Part shown: in pieces, positions 1-8,996 of the stretch | How the letters are laid out: each line of letters begins with the position of its first letter | Numbering within the stretch: the stretch's first letter is position 1 | Source of the DNA: a virus | Taxonomy: Duplodnaviria > Caudoviricetes | Reading direction: 5' to 3' (one strand) | Length of the DNA: 26,415 nt | IMG/VR virus record: IMGVR_UViG_3300037722_001361 | Coordinates: 1-26,415 of that record | Notes under the pieces: generated by a model | Told to the model about the DNA's origin: nothing | The model's database searches: none | The model's input: the letters and a program-made list of their open reading frames with translations, nothing else | Translations under genes and position numbers: made by a program

Positions 1-41
1 GCTTTGGCGGCGGGCTTCTTGGGGGCTTTCTTCGTAGCCAT
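1..41 (-). CDS. 5' end of a protein with a Lys/Ala/Pro-rich histone-like N-terminus (MATKKAPKKPAAK...), truncated by the window edge
   Basis: ATG at 41 on the - strand with a GAGGAG Shine-Dalgarno just upstream; frame is open to the window edge. Confidence 0.75.
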   Translation of the reverse strand, partial: MATKKAPKKPAAK

Positions 42-73
42 GATTCGTCTCCTCGAAAACGTGTGCGATGGGT

Positions 74-134
74 TGGCTGCCATCATCAGGCTCGCGGAAC
101 CACCCGCGAACGACGCCCCGCAGGGCGTTTCGGC
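74..134 (-). ncRNA. Hammerhead ribozyme, type II, with pseudoknot
   Basis: The - strand reads GCC GAA ACGCCC UGCG GGGCGU C GUUCGCGG GUGGUU CCGCGAGC CUGAUGA U GGC AGCCA. It has the intact CUGAUGA and GAAA cores, a GUC cleavage triplet, stems III (6 bp), I (8 bp) and II (3 bp), and loop-I GGUU complementary to the 3' tail AGCC. Confidence 0.9.
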
Positions 135-386
135 TTACAGACCCAGCTCTTCCATGAGGCGGTTGACCTCGTCGACGCCCAACATGTCGGTGAGCGTGTC
201 GGCCAGCCATTCGGCCTGCCGCAGTCCCTTGAGCGCTTCTTCGTTGGCCGGTTTGTAGAACGCGGCCGGCTGAAGAAAGGCGATGATCGTAGCGACGCCC
301 TCGGGCGACAGGTTGTCGCGGATCACCTTCTCGAAGGCCTCTTGGTCGACAGCCCCGCTCATTCCTTCGTCGTTGTTCGCGTGCAT
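135..386 (-). CDS. Hypothetical acidic phage protein (83 aa, MHANNDEGMSG...)
   Basis: ORF with GC3-rich codons. GAGGAG SD about 7 nt upstream of ATG 386 favours this start over 404. Confidence 0.75.
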   Translation of the reverse strand: MHANNDEGMSGAVDQEAFEKVIRDNLSPEGVATIIAFLQPAAFYKPANEEALKGLRQAEWLADTLTDMLGVDEVNRLMEELGL

Positions 387-539
387 CGTTCGGCTCCTCG
401 TCATTCGTGTTGGAGTGCCCCGTTCGGACAGTCACAACAGGAGCCATGCGTTCGGAAGAACATCAAGCGCTGCCGGGCCAGTTCACACCAGAATTTGGCA
501 GATTCTTTTCAGGCGGAAACAGGCGCGGTTTCGCTTGAC

Positions 540-697
540 TTCGCGCGAATTCGGACATGTCCCGATTCGGCCCACACGTGCGGCCCACGTGGCCACGAGT
601 GGCCGGGTTGGCCTTTGTGGCCAGATGGCGCGCACGGCCGCGACGTGGGGCAACGTGGCGCGCCACGGCTGGCCACCAAGCGGAACTAACGGAGGCC
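540..697. repeat. Cluster of short palindromes and ~9-10 bp phased GGCC/GGCG motifs upstream of the terminase
   Basis: Palindromes TTCGCGCGAA (540-549), GGACATGTCC (553-562), CGTGGCCACG (588-597), CGTGGCGCGCCACG (654-667); GGCC at 569, 582, 591, 601, 610, 619, 636, 671, 694. Confidence 0.55.
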
Positions 698-704
698 ATC
701 GCGT

Positions 705-2930
705 GTGTCCAAAGTTCGCGAAATTCAAGCCCAGGCCAAAGCCAAGGCCGACTCGATCCGCAAGCAGCTGGCCGCGCTCGACAAGCTCACCGGCCGCAGT
801 TCGGAACGCGAGCGCGACGTCGAACGCAAGCGGGCCCAACGGGCCGCGTCGAAAGAAGTCATCATCCCGCCTTGCGCCGATCGGGCCAGACGCGAGCGAC
901 TCGAAGCCGACGACATTGCTTGGCTCATGCACTACTTCGGCAACGGCTGCGAACTCAAAGATCCGTTCTGGTATGAATTCACCACGCAGCAACGAGAAAT
1001 GATCAGCGCCATCCGACACGCCATCCTGTTCGGCGGTGACCAGGCGATCGCGGCTAGCCGCGGCGAAGGGAAGACCACGATCTTCGAACGCCTGTTGCTC
1101 AAGTACACGCTGCAGGGCGTGCTGTCCTTTTCCGTGCTGTGCGCGGCGACTGGCACGCTGGCGGCCGATTCGCTCGATACGATCAAGTCGGGCATCGAGG
1201 ACAACCCGCTCTTGCTGGTGGACTATCCCGAGGTCTGCGTGCCGGTGCGGGCGCTGGAAAACACGCCCAACCGAGCCGGCTATCAACTGGTGACGGGCGA
1301 GCGGCACGACAACGGCGAGCCATACCAGATGGCCTCGAGCAAGTTCACGTGGTGCGGACAGGAGATCGTGTTTCCGAAAGTGCCCGGCTCGCCGTCGGCG
1401 CAGGCGATCATCGCCACGCGAGGGCTCGATTCAGCCATTCGCGGGCTGAAGCGCAAGGGCCGGCGGCCGCAGCTCGTTGGCATCGACGACCCCGAGACCG
1501 AGGACACCGTCCGCAGTGCCGAGCAGGCCAAGAAGCTGGAAGATCGGATCGACCGCGCCCTGGGCGGGCTGGGCAGTCAGCAGAAGACCGTCGCCCGCGT
1601 GATGCTCACGACGCTGCAGAACCGCACGTGCGTGTCGTTCAAGTACACCGATCCCGAGCAGAAGCCGACCTGGAAGGGCAAGCGGTTCCGCTACCTGATC
1701 AAGCCGCCGGATCGCAAGGACCTGTGGGACGAATACGTCCTGCTGCGAGAGAAGGAGTTTAGAGAGTTTTCCGCTGGGCGCAGCCGTGATGAGCATTGCC
1801 GCCAGTCGCATCAGTTTTACCTCGACCACCGCGAGGTCATGGATGCCGGCGCCATTCTGGCCAACGAGAATCGCTTCGACGGCACGTTGCTGCCCGATGG
1901 TACGCAGGTGGAGGCGTCCGCGCTCCAGCACTACTACAACGAAGTCGCGCGCTTGGGTCCCGAGGCAGTCGCGGCCGAACTGGACAACGATCCGGCCGAG
2001 GACGAGAACGCGGCGTTGCTGCTCGTCCTGACGGCATACCACATCCAAAACAACTGCCTCAGCGGGCTCGACCGGCGGATCGTGCCGGACGGTACGGTCT
2101 GCATCACGGTTGGGGCGGACGTCCAAAAGCTGGGACTGCATTACGTCGTGATCGCCTGGGACGAGCACGCGGCGGGATGCATCCTCTATTACGACTTCTT
2201 CGAGTTCCTGACCGGGAACCGACCGGCGTCGGATTGCGAGGTGCTGATCCTCGAGGGGTTATTCGCCTGGCACGAGGCTCAGCAGCACTCGCCGTTCGTC
2301 TCGGCCAGCGGCGACGAACACTTTGCCGATCTCTCGTTGATCGATACCGGCTGGAAGCACGAAAGCTGGAACACGCAGCCCGTCCAGGTATTCTGCTCCC
2401 AGGTCGGCTATGGCGCCTTCATGCCATCGAAGGGCGAGTCGCCCTATCGCCGGCCACAAGACTCCGCTCGCGTGATCATCGGCGACAACTGGCACGTCAG
2501 CTTTCCAGGCGGCGTGCCGATCGCGGTTATGAACTCCGACCACTGGAAGCTCAAAGTCCACGAAGGCTTTCTTGCTGGCCAGTCCGACGACGGGGCGCTC
2601 TTGCCCGGTGCGCTCCGCGTCTTCAATCCGCCCAGCATCGACGGCCGTCCAAACCGCACGGCCCATCTGTCCTTCGCCAAGCACATCCTAGCCGAGACCT
2701 GGGAAACCCGTTTCGTCCCCGGCTTCAAAGGTAACCGCACCGGCTGGTGGAAGTCCCCTAAGCCCAACCACTACTTCGACGCCACCTACCAAGCCATCGT
2801 CGCCCGCTCTATGCGCGGCATCGGCGTTCTGGAAACACCCGCGCTGCCGACCATGCCCGCCGTGCAACCGACCGGGCCCGAGCAGCGCGCCACGTCATCG
2901 GTTGACATGTTCGAACGGAACCGTTGGTGA
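705..2930 (+). CDS. Phage terminase large subunit (N-terminal ATPase, C-terminal GpA-like nuclease)
   Basis: Walker A ASRGEGKT, Walker B LVGIDD, nuclease motifs VGADVQ...YVVIAW, IDTG and NHYFDATYQA; GGAGG SD at 691-695; position before the portal. Confidence 0.9.
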   Translation: MSKVREIQAQAKAKADSIRKQLAALDKLTGRSSERERDVERKRAQRAASKEVIIPPCADRARRERLEADDIAWLMHYFGNGCELKDPFWYEFTTQQREMISAIRHAILFGGDQAIAASRGEGKTTIFERLLLKYTLQGVLSFSVLCAATGTLAADSLDTIKSGIEDNPLLLVDYPEVCVPVRALENTPNRAGYQLVTGERHDNGEPYQMASSKFTWCGQEIVFPKVPGSPSAQAIIATRGLDSAIRGLKRKGRRPQLVGIDDPETEDTVRSAEQAKKLEDRIDRALGGLGSQQKTVARVMLTTLQNRTCVSFKYTDPEQKPTWKGKRFRYLIKPPDRKDLWDEYVLLREKEFREFSAGRSRDEHCRQSHQFYLDHREVMDAGAILANENRFDGTLLPDGTQVEASALQHYYNEVARLGPEAVAAELDNDPAEDENAALLLVLTAYHIQNNCLSGLDRRIVPDGTVCITVGADVQKLGLHYVVIAWDEHAAGCILYYDFFEFLTGNRPASDCEVLILEGLFAWHEAQQHSPFVSASGDEHFADLSLIDTGWKHESWNTQPVQVFCSQVGYGAFMPSKGESPYRRPQDSARVIIGDNWHVSFPGGVPIAVMNSDHWKLKVHEGFLAGQSDDGALLPGALRVFNPPSIDGRPNRTAHLSFAKHILAETWETRFVPGFKGNRTGWWKSPKPNHYFDATYQAIVARSMRGIGVLETPALPTMPAVQPTGPEQRATSSVDMFERNRW

Positions 2931-2940
2931 GGATTTTTAT

Positions 2941-3210
2941 ATGCCCAAACTGAAGAATGAGAACGCGACGCCCAACACCGTCCTGATCGAATTGCCGATC
3001 GCCGAAGTGCCGCCGGCGACCTGGGGGCTGCACATCAACACTCATCTGAATCCTGAACAGTCACACGCACTTCGCAGCGTAGCGACAGCCCTCGACGAGC
3101 GGCTCGCTCGGCTTTCAAATGGAAGGCGAGTAGTTAGTCATTGCGATGCGTTAAAGTATGTGCTTGAGGAGGTGTTCGCAAGCGTCGCAGCGAGCATGTC
3201 GTCCGACTAA
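2941..3210 (+). CDS. Hypothetical phage protein (89 aa)
   Basis: ATG 2941 lies 10 nt after the terminase stop with a GAGGA SD; predicted helical C-terminal half. Confidence 0.7.
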   Translation: MPKLKNENATPNTVLIELPIAEVPPATWGLHINTHLNPEQSHALRSVATALDERLARLSNGRRVVSHCDALKYVLEEVFASVAASMSSD

Positions 3211-3242
3211 GCAGAAGCCCAAACATTAACGCTGCCACGCGT

Positions 3243-5078
3243 TTATTTGCGCCTCACGTTGAAGCTCTTCTTGCAGTGCGGACAGGTGTTATTTCCAGCC
3301 TGCAGGGTGGAGATGACCAGGGGCCCCTTGCAGGACGGGCACGGGACAGTCTTCTCGTTGGCGTGATCGGGGGCAGGTTGCTGCGGGGACGCCTTCTCAA
3401 CTCGGCCGTCATGCTCCTGTGCTCTTTGGTTTATTGGCATGGTGTGCGCGCCCGCTGGGACGGGTTCGGTCGGCCTTGCGGCAGGAACTTCCGTCGGGGT
3501 TGTGGCCCTGGAAGCCGGCATGGGCTGTTCGGAAACCTGCGCGACTGGCGAACCCACCTCACGTACTACGCTCTCTCGGCCTTGGGACTTTTGAACGGCG
3601 AGTGTCTCTCGATATTCAACAGCCTCCGCAACCATCGTCCATTTAACACTGATTCCCATTTCATCGACGACGTTCTTGATGTCAGTAATCCTCGTCCTAA
3701 AGAATTCCTTTCGTGGGTTGACGAGATTAACCTGATTGTCCCTGAACAAGTTGTGGAGTCGTGACTCCAGTGCGGGGGCGTCTTCGCTGAACATCATTGC
3801 ATGGATGTCAAACTCGAATGGGACACTGGCGTCGCCCAGTTCGCGAACTCGATCACTTGGTTCGAGCCGGCGCGTCAGCCCGATCTTGAAGACGTCGTCG
3901 CCAAAAGACCCCACGTTGGAGATGATATAGACGTGCCCTTGCTTGGTCTGTTGGGCCATTGAAATCGCGCGTTGATTCTTTTCCTCGGCCGCTTTCAGTT
4001 TCTGTTCCAGTTCTTCCAGTCGGCGTTGATACTCGGCTCGCTGCTCTTCGCTGGCGCTCTGGATATCCTGCTTCGCCTGCTCCATGGCCTGCTGGAGGAG
4101 CTTTTCTTCCTTTTCCGCTTCCTTGATGGCCTTTTCATACTCTTTGCGTGCGCGCTCTTCTTCGCGCATTTGTTCTTTTATCTGTCGCTGCTCCTCTTGT
4201 TCCTGGTTGCGAAGTTCGTTGGCGGCAACCGTCCACCGCAGTTCCGATCGTCGCGCCTCGAGGTACTGAGGTTGGATTCTGGCGTTTCGGAACGCTTCGC
4301 CGTTGTGGTTTACGAGACTAAAAGCATCTCTGACTTCCTGATCCAGCTTCCCAAAGTTGTCATGCTTTGCCCTCGACAGAATCGTATCGACCTTGCCGTT
4401 GAAGGCGTCCAGGATGAAATGAACAGCCGTTTCTTTGCGAAGTGCTTCCGCGTAGTCGCAGGCCGCGGCGAGACCGGACTTCACCATCTGTCGAGAATGC
4501 TCCCTTGCCGTCTTAAGCTCAAGCCCCGCTTCCTTGTGCGAGAAGTCCTCAGCAAGGTCGTCGATGAGACTTCGGTTTGGTACGAGGTACTCATCACCGT
4601 ACCCTTTGATGATGTTCTTCATCGCCTTGGCGGTTGCCTCGAGTTGCTTCGCCTCCCTGAGTGCGATCATCGCATCGCCGGCAACCTCGTTCGCACGTAC
4701 GTTCGCTTCTGCAACGATGCGCGACGCCTGCTGAGAAGCCGATCTCAGCGTATTGGCTTGCAGCTCTTTCGTTTCGCGAACCAAATCGGCAGCTTCTCGC
4801 CTCCTCTGCTGAACGTCAAGTTCTGCTTCCTCTCGAAGTCGCTGGATCTCTGTACTCGCATTCTCCTGAGCCTGTGTGATGTCGCGTCGTCGATCTTCTA
4901 CTTCACGATCGACTTCGAGAATCCCTTCGTAACGGGAGAGTTCGCGATTCTTCTCTGTGAGTTCACGGATGCGTAGAGTGCTTTCGGCTTTCGCCTTTTC
5001 TGATCTCTGCATCGTGAGCCAGAGAATCGCGCCGAGAATCCCTGAAATGATGAGGAGTAAGAGTGCGACTATGTACAT
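3243..5078 (-). CDS. DUF4041 plus T5orf172/MUG113 (GIY-YIG-like) domain protein with N-terminal TM helix, coiled coils and C-terminal CxxC-CxxC zinc ribbon; moron
   Basis: N-terminal hydrophobic MYIVALLLLIISGILGAILWL; motifs GHVYIISNVGSFGDDVFKIGLTRRLEP..RV.EL..ASVPFEFDIH and VNPRKEFF; C-terminal CPSC...CPHC; opposite strand and lower GC than the flanks. Start at ATG 5078 preferred over TTG 5138. Confidence 0.88.
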   Translation of the reverse strand: MYIVALLLLIISGILGAILWLTMQRSEKAKAESTLRIRELTEKNRELSRYEGILEVDREVEDRRRDITQAQENASTEIQRLREEAELDVQQRRREAADLVRETKELQANTLRSASQQASRIVAEANVRANEVAGDAMIALREAKQLEATAKAMKNIIKGYGDEYLVPNRSLIDDLAEDFSHKEAGLELKTAREHSRQMVKSGLAAACDYAEALRKETAVHFILDAFNGKVDTILSRAKHDNFGKLDQEVRDAFSLVNHNGEAFRNARIQPQYLEARRSELRWTVAANELRNQEQEEQRQIKEQMREEERARKEYEKAIKEAEKEEKLLQQAMEQAKQDIQSASEEQRAEYQRRLEELEQKLKAAEEKNQRAISMAQQTKQGHVYIISNVGSFGDDVFKIGLTRRLEPSDRVRELGDASVPFEFDIHAMMFSEDAPALESRLHNLFRDNQVNLVNPRKEFFRTRITDIKNVVDEMGISVKWTMVAEAVEYRETLAVQKSQGRESVVREVGSPVAQVSEQPMPASRATTPTEVPAARPTEPVPAGAHTMPINQRAQEHDGRVEKASPQQPAPDHANEKTVPCPSCKGPLVISTLQAGNNTCPHCKKSFNVRRK

Positions 5079-5166
5079 GGCGCTTTTGAGATGAAATGAG
5101 ACGGTTGGCGCAACGGCCCCGACATCGATAGGTATCAAATACCCACCCTACCTTCCGTACCGCACT

Positions 5167-5193
5167 TTGCCAACACAGCGCGGCCATTACGAT
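5167..5193 (+). promoter_or_regulatory. Putative sigma70-type promoter giving a leaderless transcript for the head operon
   Basis: TTGCCA (5167-5172), 15-nt spacer (short), TACGAT (5188-5193), then ATG at 5200 six nt later with no SD. Confidence 0.4.
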
Positions 5194-5199
5194 TGAAGT

Positions 5200-5505
5200 A
5201 TGGCCGATCTCACTACGCTCTCCGGCATCGAAGCAGAACTCGCCGACACGGCGGATTACGACGTCGCGATCGACGTTTCCAAGGCAAAGCGTCGCGTGGC
5301 GGCGCTGCGCCGCAAGCTGGACTTTCCGCAGTCGACGGGACGCGGGGAGCAGAATATCGCATTCGCCATGCAGGCGATCGAGAACCAGTTGCAGCAGGTT
5401 TTGGCCTGGATCGCGGCGAACGACACACCGAGTGAGGCCCAGCGGCTGGCCAATCCTGACGTCGTGCACGCTGACTTTTCGACGTTCCGAGGGTACTCGT
5501 GCTGA
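5200..5505 (+). CDS. Probable head-tail adaptor / head completion protein (gpW position)
   Basis: 101 aa, helical, directly upstream of and overlapping the portal start (TGATG); lambda gene order. Confidence 0.6.
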   Translation: MADLTTLSGIEAELADTADYDVAIDVSKAKRRVAALRRKLDFPQSTGRGEQNIAFAMQAIENQLQQVLAWIAANDTPSEAQRLANPDVVHADFSTFRGYSC

Positions 5506-7244
5506 TGATCGCACCGGCACACAACGCGAACGGGCATGCTGCTGGCGCAGGACCACTCGACATTCTCGACCGGATCGTCGAGCTGGACCGGGCCTATCGT
5601 GAACGGCGGCAGGACCGCGAGGCCGCGTCGACCTACGCCGCCGGAACGGCCGACCGCATGAACCCGATGCCCAAGGGGATCGATCCTCTGGGTACGGATG
5701 CGGACTATCACTACCGCACCGAGCACAACTACTTCCTGATGGTCGAGCGCGCCCGGGCCTTAATTCGGAATCACCCGCTCGGCGAGCAAGGGGTCAATCG
5801 CCTGCTGGCCAACATGCGGCTCGACGAAATGACCCTCGACGTCGCCAGCGGCGATCCGGCGGTGGACGCCGACCAGAAGGCTTTTTGGTACGACTGGTGC
5901 GACGACCCTCGGCAGGTCGACTACGAGGGTCGGCGGACGCTGCCGCAGATCGCCCGGCAGTCGTTCTTCTCGCAGGTGGTCGACGGCGACATCCTGCACC
6001 TGCCGCTTGAGGAAGGCTCGCTGCAGACCTGGGAGTCGCATCACATCCGCAATCCGTGGGGGCGCTATTCGACCGGCTCCGACACGAACGGGATCGTGCA
6101 TGGGGCCGAAGTGGTCAACGGCCGCACGGTGGCTTATTGGGTCACGCCGCGCCACCTGATGTCCCATCAGTCGGCCCGGCGCGGCGAGTCGCGGCGGTTC
6201 CCGGTGTTCGACGCCGAAGGCAACAAGATCGCCTTCTGGCTCGGCTTCACGCACCGCTTCATGCAGCGCCGGGGCATTAGCCGCCTGTCGGCCCCGCGTG
6301 AGGCGATGAACGGCTTTGACGATCTGAACTACGCACACATTAAGAGTGCCCTGCGACGCGCGCTGATCTCGTATCTGATGGAAAGCAACCAGCCGCTGGC
6401 GCCGCAGTTGCCCTTGGGCGGGGGCGCGAAGCTGCCGCAATCGGGCTCGCGATACGCCGTGCTCGATAGCGGCCAACATCCGGGGCTCGACCTGCAAACC
6501 GCGATCATCGAGCAGATGGGCGAGCCGGCACAGGTGCTGAAGGCACCGGCCGGGCACAAACTGCAAGGCTGGAACGCCAACCTGCCGAGCGCGGCATTCT
6601 TCGAGCACGCGGCGCTGATGCTCACGATGCTGGCCGTGAATCTCGATATCCCGCTGATGTTCCTGTTGCTCGATGGTTCGCTCGTCAACTTCCACGGCGG
6701 GCGGATGACGTTCGACCAGGTTAAGCTGCGGCTGGAGCAACTGATCTCGGATCAGATCACCGGTTTCTATGCACCGGTCTACCGTTGGAAGACCCGGCAG
6801 CGAATCACGCCGGGCAGTCCGCAGTTCGACCCGGCTCTCTACAGTGCCGTACAGCGCGGGGCGAACCCGTTTGAGTTCATCTTCCGGCCGAAGGGCTGGC
6901 CGTACGTCAAGCCGCTGGAGGACGCGGCGGCCGAGGACCTGGCCGAGCGGCGGAACCTGAAGAGCCTGAAGTCGATTCTAGCCTCGCGGGGCGTGGATGA
7001 GGATGAGCACGTTGCCGAGGTCGTTGCTGGCCGAGGGAAGTTCATCCGCGCCGCGATCCGCGAGGCCCAGGCCATCGCCCAGGAGTTCCCCGAGGTCGTG
7101 GCCCAGGAAGAAGTGCCACGTCTGTGGCGCGAACTGCGCTACGGCAACGAGGCCAGCGGCGTGCAACTGGCAGTCACCGCCGACACCACCAGCGGCGAAA
7201 CAGCGGCCACGGCGGACGCTGCGGGAGGCAATCGTGGAGAGTGA
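5505..7244 (+). CDS. Phage portal protein, lambda gpB family
   Basis: Motifs RARALIRNH, VVDGDIL, GAEVVNGRTVAYWV, QRRGISRL, VNFHGGR, GWPYVKPLED; size and position fit. Alternative GTG start at 5499. Confidence 0.9.
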   Translation: MIAPAHNANGHAAGAGPLDILDRIVELDRAYRERRQDREAASTYAAGTADRMNPMPKGIDPLGTDADYHYRTEHNYFLMVERARALIRNHPLGEQGVNRLLANMRLDEMTLDVASGDPAVDADQKAFWYDWCDDPRQVDYEGRRTLPQIARQSFFSQVVDGDILHLPLEEGSLQTWESHHIRNPWGRYSTGSDTNGIVHGAEVVNGRTVAYWVTPRHLMSHQSARRGESRRFPVFDAEGNKIAFWLGFTHRFMQRRGISRLSAPREAMNGFDDLNYAHIKSALRRALISYLMESNQPLAPQLPLGGGAKLPQSGSRYAVLDSGQHPGLDLQTAIIEQMGEPAQVLKAPAGHKLQGWNANLPSAAFFEHAALMLTMLAVNLDIPLMFLLLDGSLVNFHGGRMTFDQVKLRLEQLISDQITGFYAPVYRWKTRQRITPGSPQFDPALYSAVQRGANPFEFIFRPKGWPYVKPLEDAAAEDLAERRNLKSLKSILASRGVDEDEHVAEVVAGRGKFIRAAIREAQAIAQEFPEVVAQEEVPRLWRELRYGNEASGVQLAVTADTTSGETAATADAAGGNRGE

Positions 7245-8607
7245 TTTCATCCTGCAGCCGCGATTCGAGCTCGTTGCGCCGCAGATGGCCGACTACTTCG
7301 GCCTGTGGTGTGTAGAGGAACAGGCGTTCCGGGCGCTGGTCGATCGGTTCAACGGCATCAACTTGCATGCGCACTTTACGTCAGCGGCGCCTGCCGAGGC
7401 GGCCAGACGGCAGAAGCAAGTCGAGCTGAATGTGACCCCCGAGGGCATCGCGCTGCTGCAAGTCAATGGGCCCATGATGAAGAACGTCTCGTCGTTGGGC
7501 GAAGGTTCGAGCACCGTGCAGTTGCGGCAGCAGTTGCGGGCCGCACGGAAGAACCACGAAGTGATCGGCGCGATGTTGGTGATGGACACGCCGGGCGGCA
7601 CGGCCAAAGGGAACCGCGATCTGGCGGACGAAGTGGCGCGGTTCGCCGAGGCCAAACCCATCTATTCGTACACCGAGGATCAAAACACGTCGGCGGGCGT
7701 GTCGGTCGCAAGCCAGGCGACCCGGCGATTTGCCAATAACGCGACGGCGCTGTACGGGGCGATGGGCACGTACTCGGTGCTGCTGGATCAGAGCGGCTTG
7801 GCCGAAAAGCTGGGTGTGAAGGTCCACGTGATCAAGGCCGGCGAGTTCAAGGGCATGGGCGAGCCTGGCACCCCGATCAGCGAGGAGCAGCTCGCCGAGG
7901 CCCAGCGGATCGTCAATGCCCTGAACGACGGCTACCTGGAGACGATCGCCCGGGGCCTGGGCAAGGACGTGGGGACCATTCGCGCGCTTGCCGATGGCCG
8001 TGTGATCATGGCAGCCGACGCCGTGCGCATGGGCCTGCTCAATGGTATCCAGACTTTTGACGAAACGTACGCGCAACTCGTGAACGACGCCCGGCTCGTA
8101 GCCGGGCCAGGCACGCAAGCGCACAAAGGGAGAGGTTTTACGATGGACAAGACACCCGCAACACTGGCCGACTTGAAGGCCGCGTTCCCGAACTCGACGG
8201 CCGAGTGGCGGGAGTCGCAACTGGAAGCCGGCGCCGATCTGCCGACCGCTGCGGTCGCCTATGCCAAGCACGTCGAGTCGCAGCTCACTGAGGAGCGAGA
8301 CGCGCACTCGAAGGCACTTGCGCAAGCTGCGGCGAAGAATAACGCTTCGCTGGGTCACGTTCCGCTCACCGAGCGCCATGCCGGCGGCGGCGATGAACTG
8401 ATCGAGTCGGGCGACCCGATCGAAGACTTCAACGCGGCGGTCGCGGCGCTTGCGGGTCGCAGCCCAACGCTCCAGCGTCGGCATAACGCCGTGCGCGCCG
8501 TAGCGCGGAAGAACCCGGAGCTGTACCAGGCCTACTTGCTGGCGACCAATCCCGGCCGGCTGCAGGCCCGGCTGATCACCGAAAAACTCGAAGCGGCCGC
8601 CAAGTAA
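7234..8607 (+). CDS. S49 (SppA/ClpP-like) prohead maturation protease with C-terminal scaffold domain (lambda gpC-like)
   Basis: Motifs MDTPGG, TSAGVSVASQA (catalytic Ser region), GAMGT, KAGEFK, ADGRV..AADAVRMGLLNGI. True start GTG 7234 with GGAGG at 7224-7228; the ORF-track N-terminal extension overlaps the portal. Confidence 0.9.
   Translation: MESDFILQPRFELVAPQMADYFGLWCVEEQAFRALVDRFNGINLHAHFTSAAPAEAARRQKQVELNVTPEGIALLQVNGPMMKNVSSLGEGSSTVQLRQQLRAARKNHEVIGAMLVMDTPGGTAKGNRDLADEVARFAEAKPIYSYTEDQNTSAGVSVASQATRRFANNATALYGAMGTYSVLLDQSGLAEKLGVKVHVIKAGEFKGMGEPGTPISEEQLAEAQRIVNALNDGYLETIARGLGKDVGTIRALADGRVIMAADAVRMGLLNGIQTFDETYAQLVNDARLVAGPGTQAHKGRGFTMDKTPATLADLKAAFPNSTAEWRESQLEAGADLPTAAVAYAKHVESQLTEERDAHSKALAQAAAKNNASLGHVPLTERHAGGGDELIESGDPIEDFNAAVAALAGRSPTLQRRHNAVRAVARKNPELYQAYLLATNPGRLQARLITEKLEAAAK
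8143..8607 (+). CDS. Nested in-frame scaffold protein (Nu3-like, 154 aa, MDKTPATLADLK...)
   Basis: In-frame ATG after the protease domain, preceded by GGGAGAGG at 8128-8135; Ala/Glu-rich helical sequence; same arrangement as lambda C/Nu3. Confidence 0.6.
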   Translation: MDKTPATLADLKAAFPNSTAEWRESQLEAGADLPTAAVAYAKHVESQLTEERDAHSKALAQAAAKNNASLGHVPLTERHAGGGDELIESGDPIEDFNAAVAALAGRSPTLQRRHNAVRAVARKNPELYQAYLLATNPGRLQARLITEKLEAAAK

Positions 8608-8630
8608 GCGGCGCAGAAAGGACGACTCAC

Positions 8631-8996
8631 ATGACGGCACTTGCACACTTTGGCACTCGCACCTTCCCCAAGGACGGCACTGAGCTGGGACCGTACCTGC
8701 GGGTCATCTTGAACAGCGGCGTTCTCGCACTGGCTGGCGCGGCCAGCGGATACGAGCTGGGGGTGATGGAGCAGCGGGCGCTGGCCACCGACGCTACCGG
8801 CACAGTCCGCCTGAACGGCACGAATCAAACCGTGCGCGTTGTGGCGGCAGGCGCGATCCCGACCGGCGATGGCGTTTATCGGGCAGCGAACGGCAAGGTT
8901 GCCGCGACCGGCACCGAGCTTTTCGGCCTCGCCCTGGAGGCCGCCAGTGGAGACGGGTCGGTCATCGAGGCCCTGCGCACCGTCGACGTCCCCTAA
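8631..8996 (+). CDS. Capsid decoration/cement protein (DUF2190-like)
   Basis: 121 aa; AAGAIPTGDGVY.AANGKV...GLALEAASGDGSVIE pattern; lies between protease and capsid genes. Confidence 0.75.
   Translation: MTALAHFGTRTFPKDGTELGPYLRVILNSGVLALAGAASGYELGVMEQRALATDATGTVRLNGTNQTVRVVAAGAIPTGDGVYRAANGKVAATGTELFGLALEAASGDGSVIEALRTVDVP

Noticed and set aside
540-700. CRISPR array or iterons
   Set aside because: No identical 20-40 bp repeats with regular spacers; only 4-6 bp motifs.
6997-7233. N-terminal extension of the S49 ORF in the track
   Set aside because: Overlaps the portal gene, has Arg/Pro/Ser shadow composition, and a good SD plus GTG lies at 7234.
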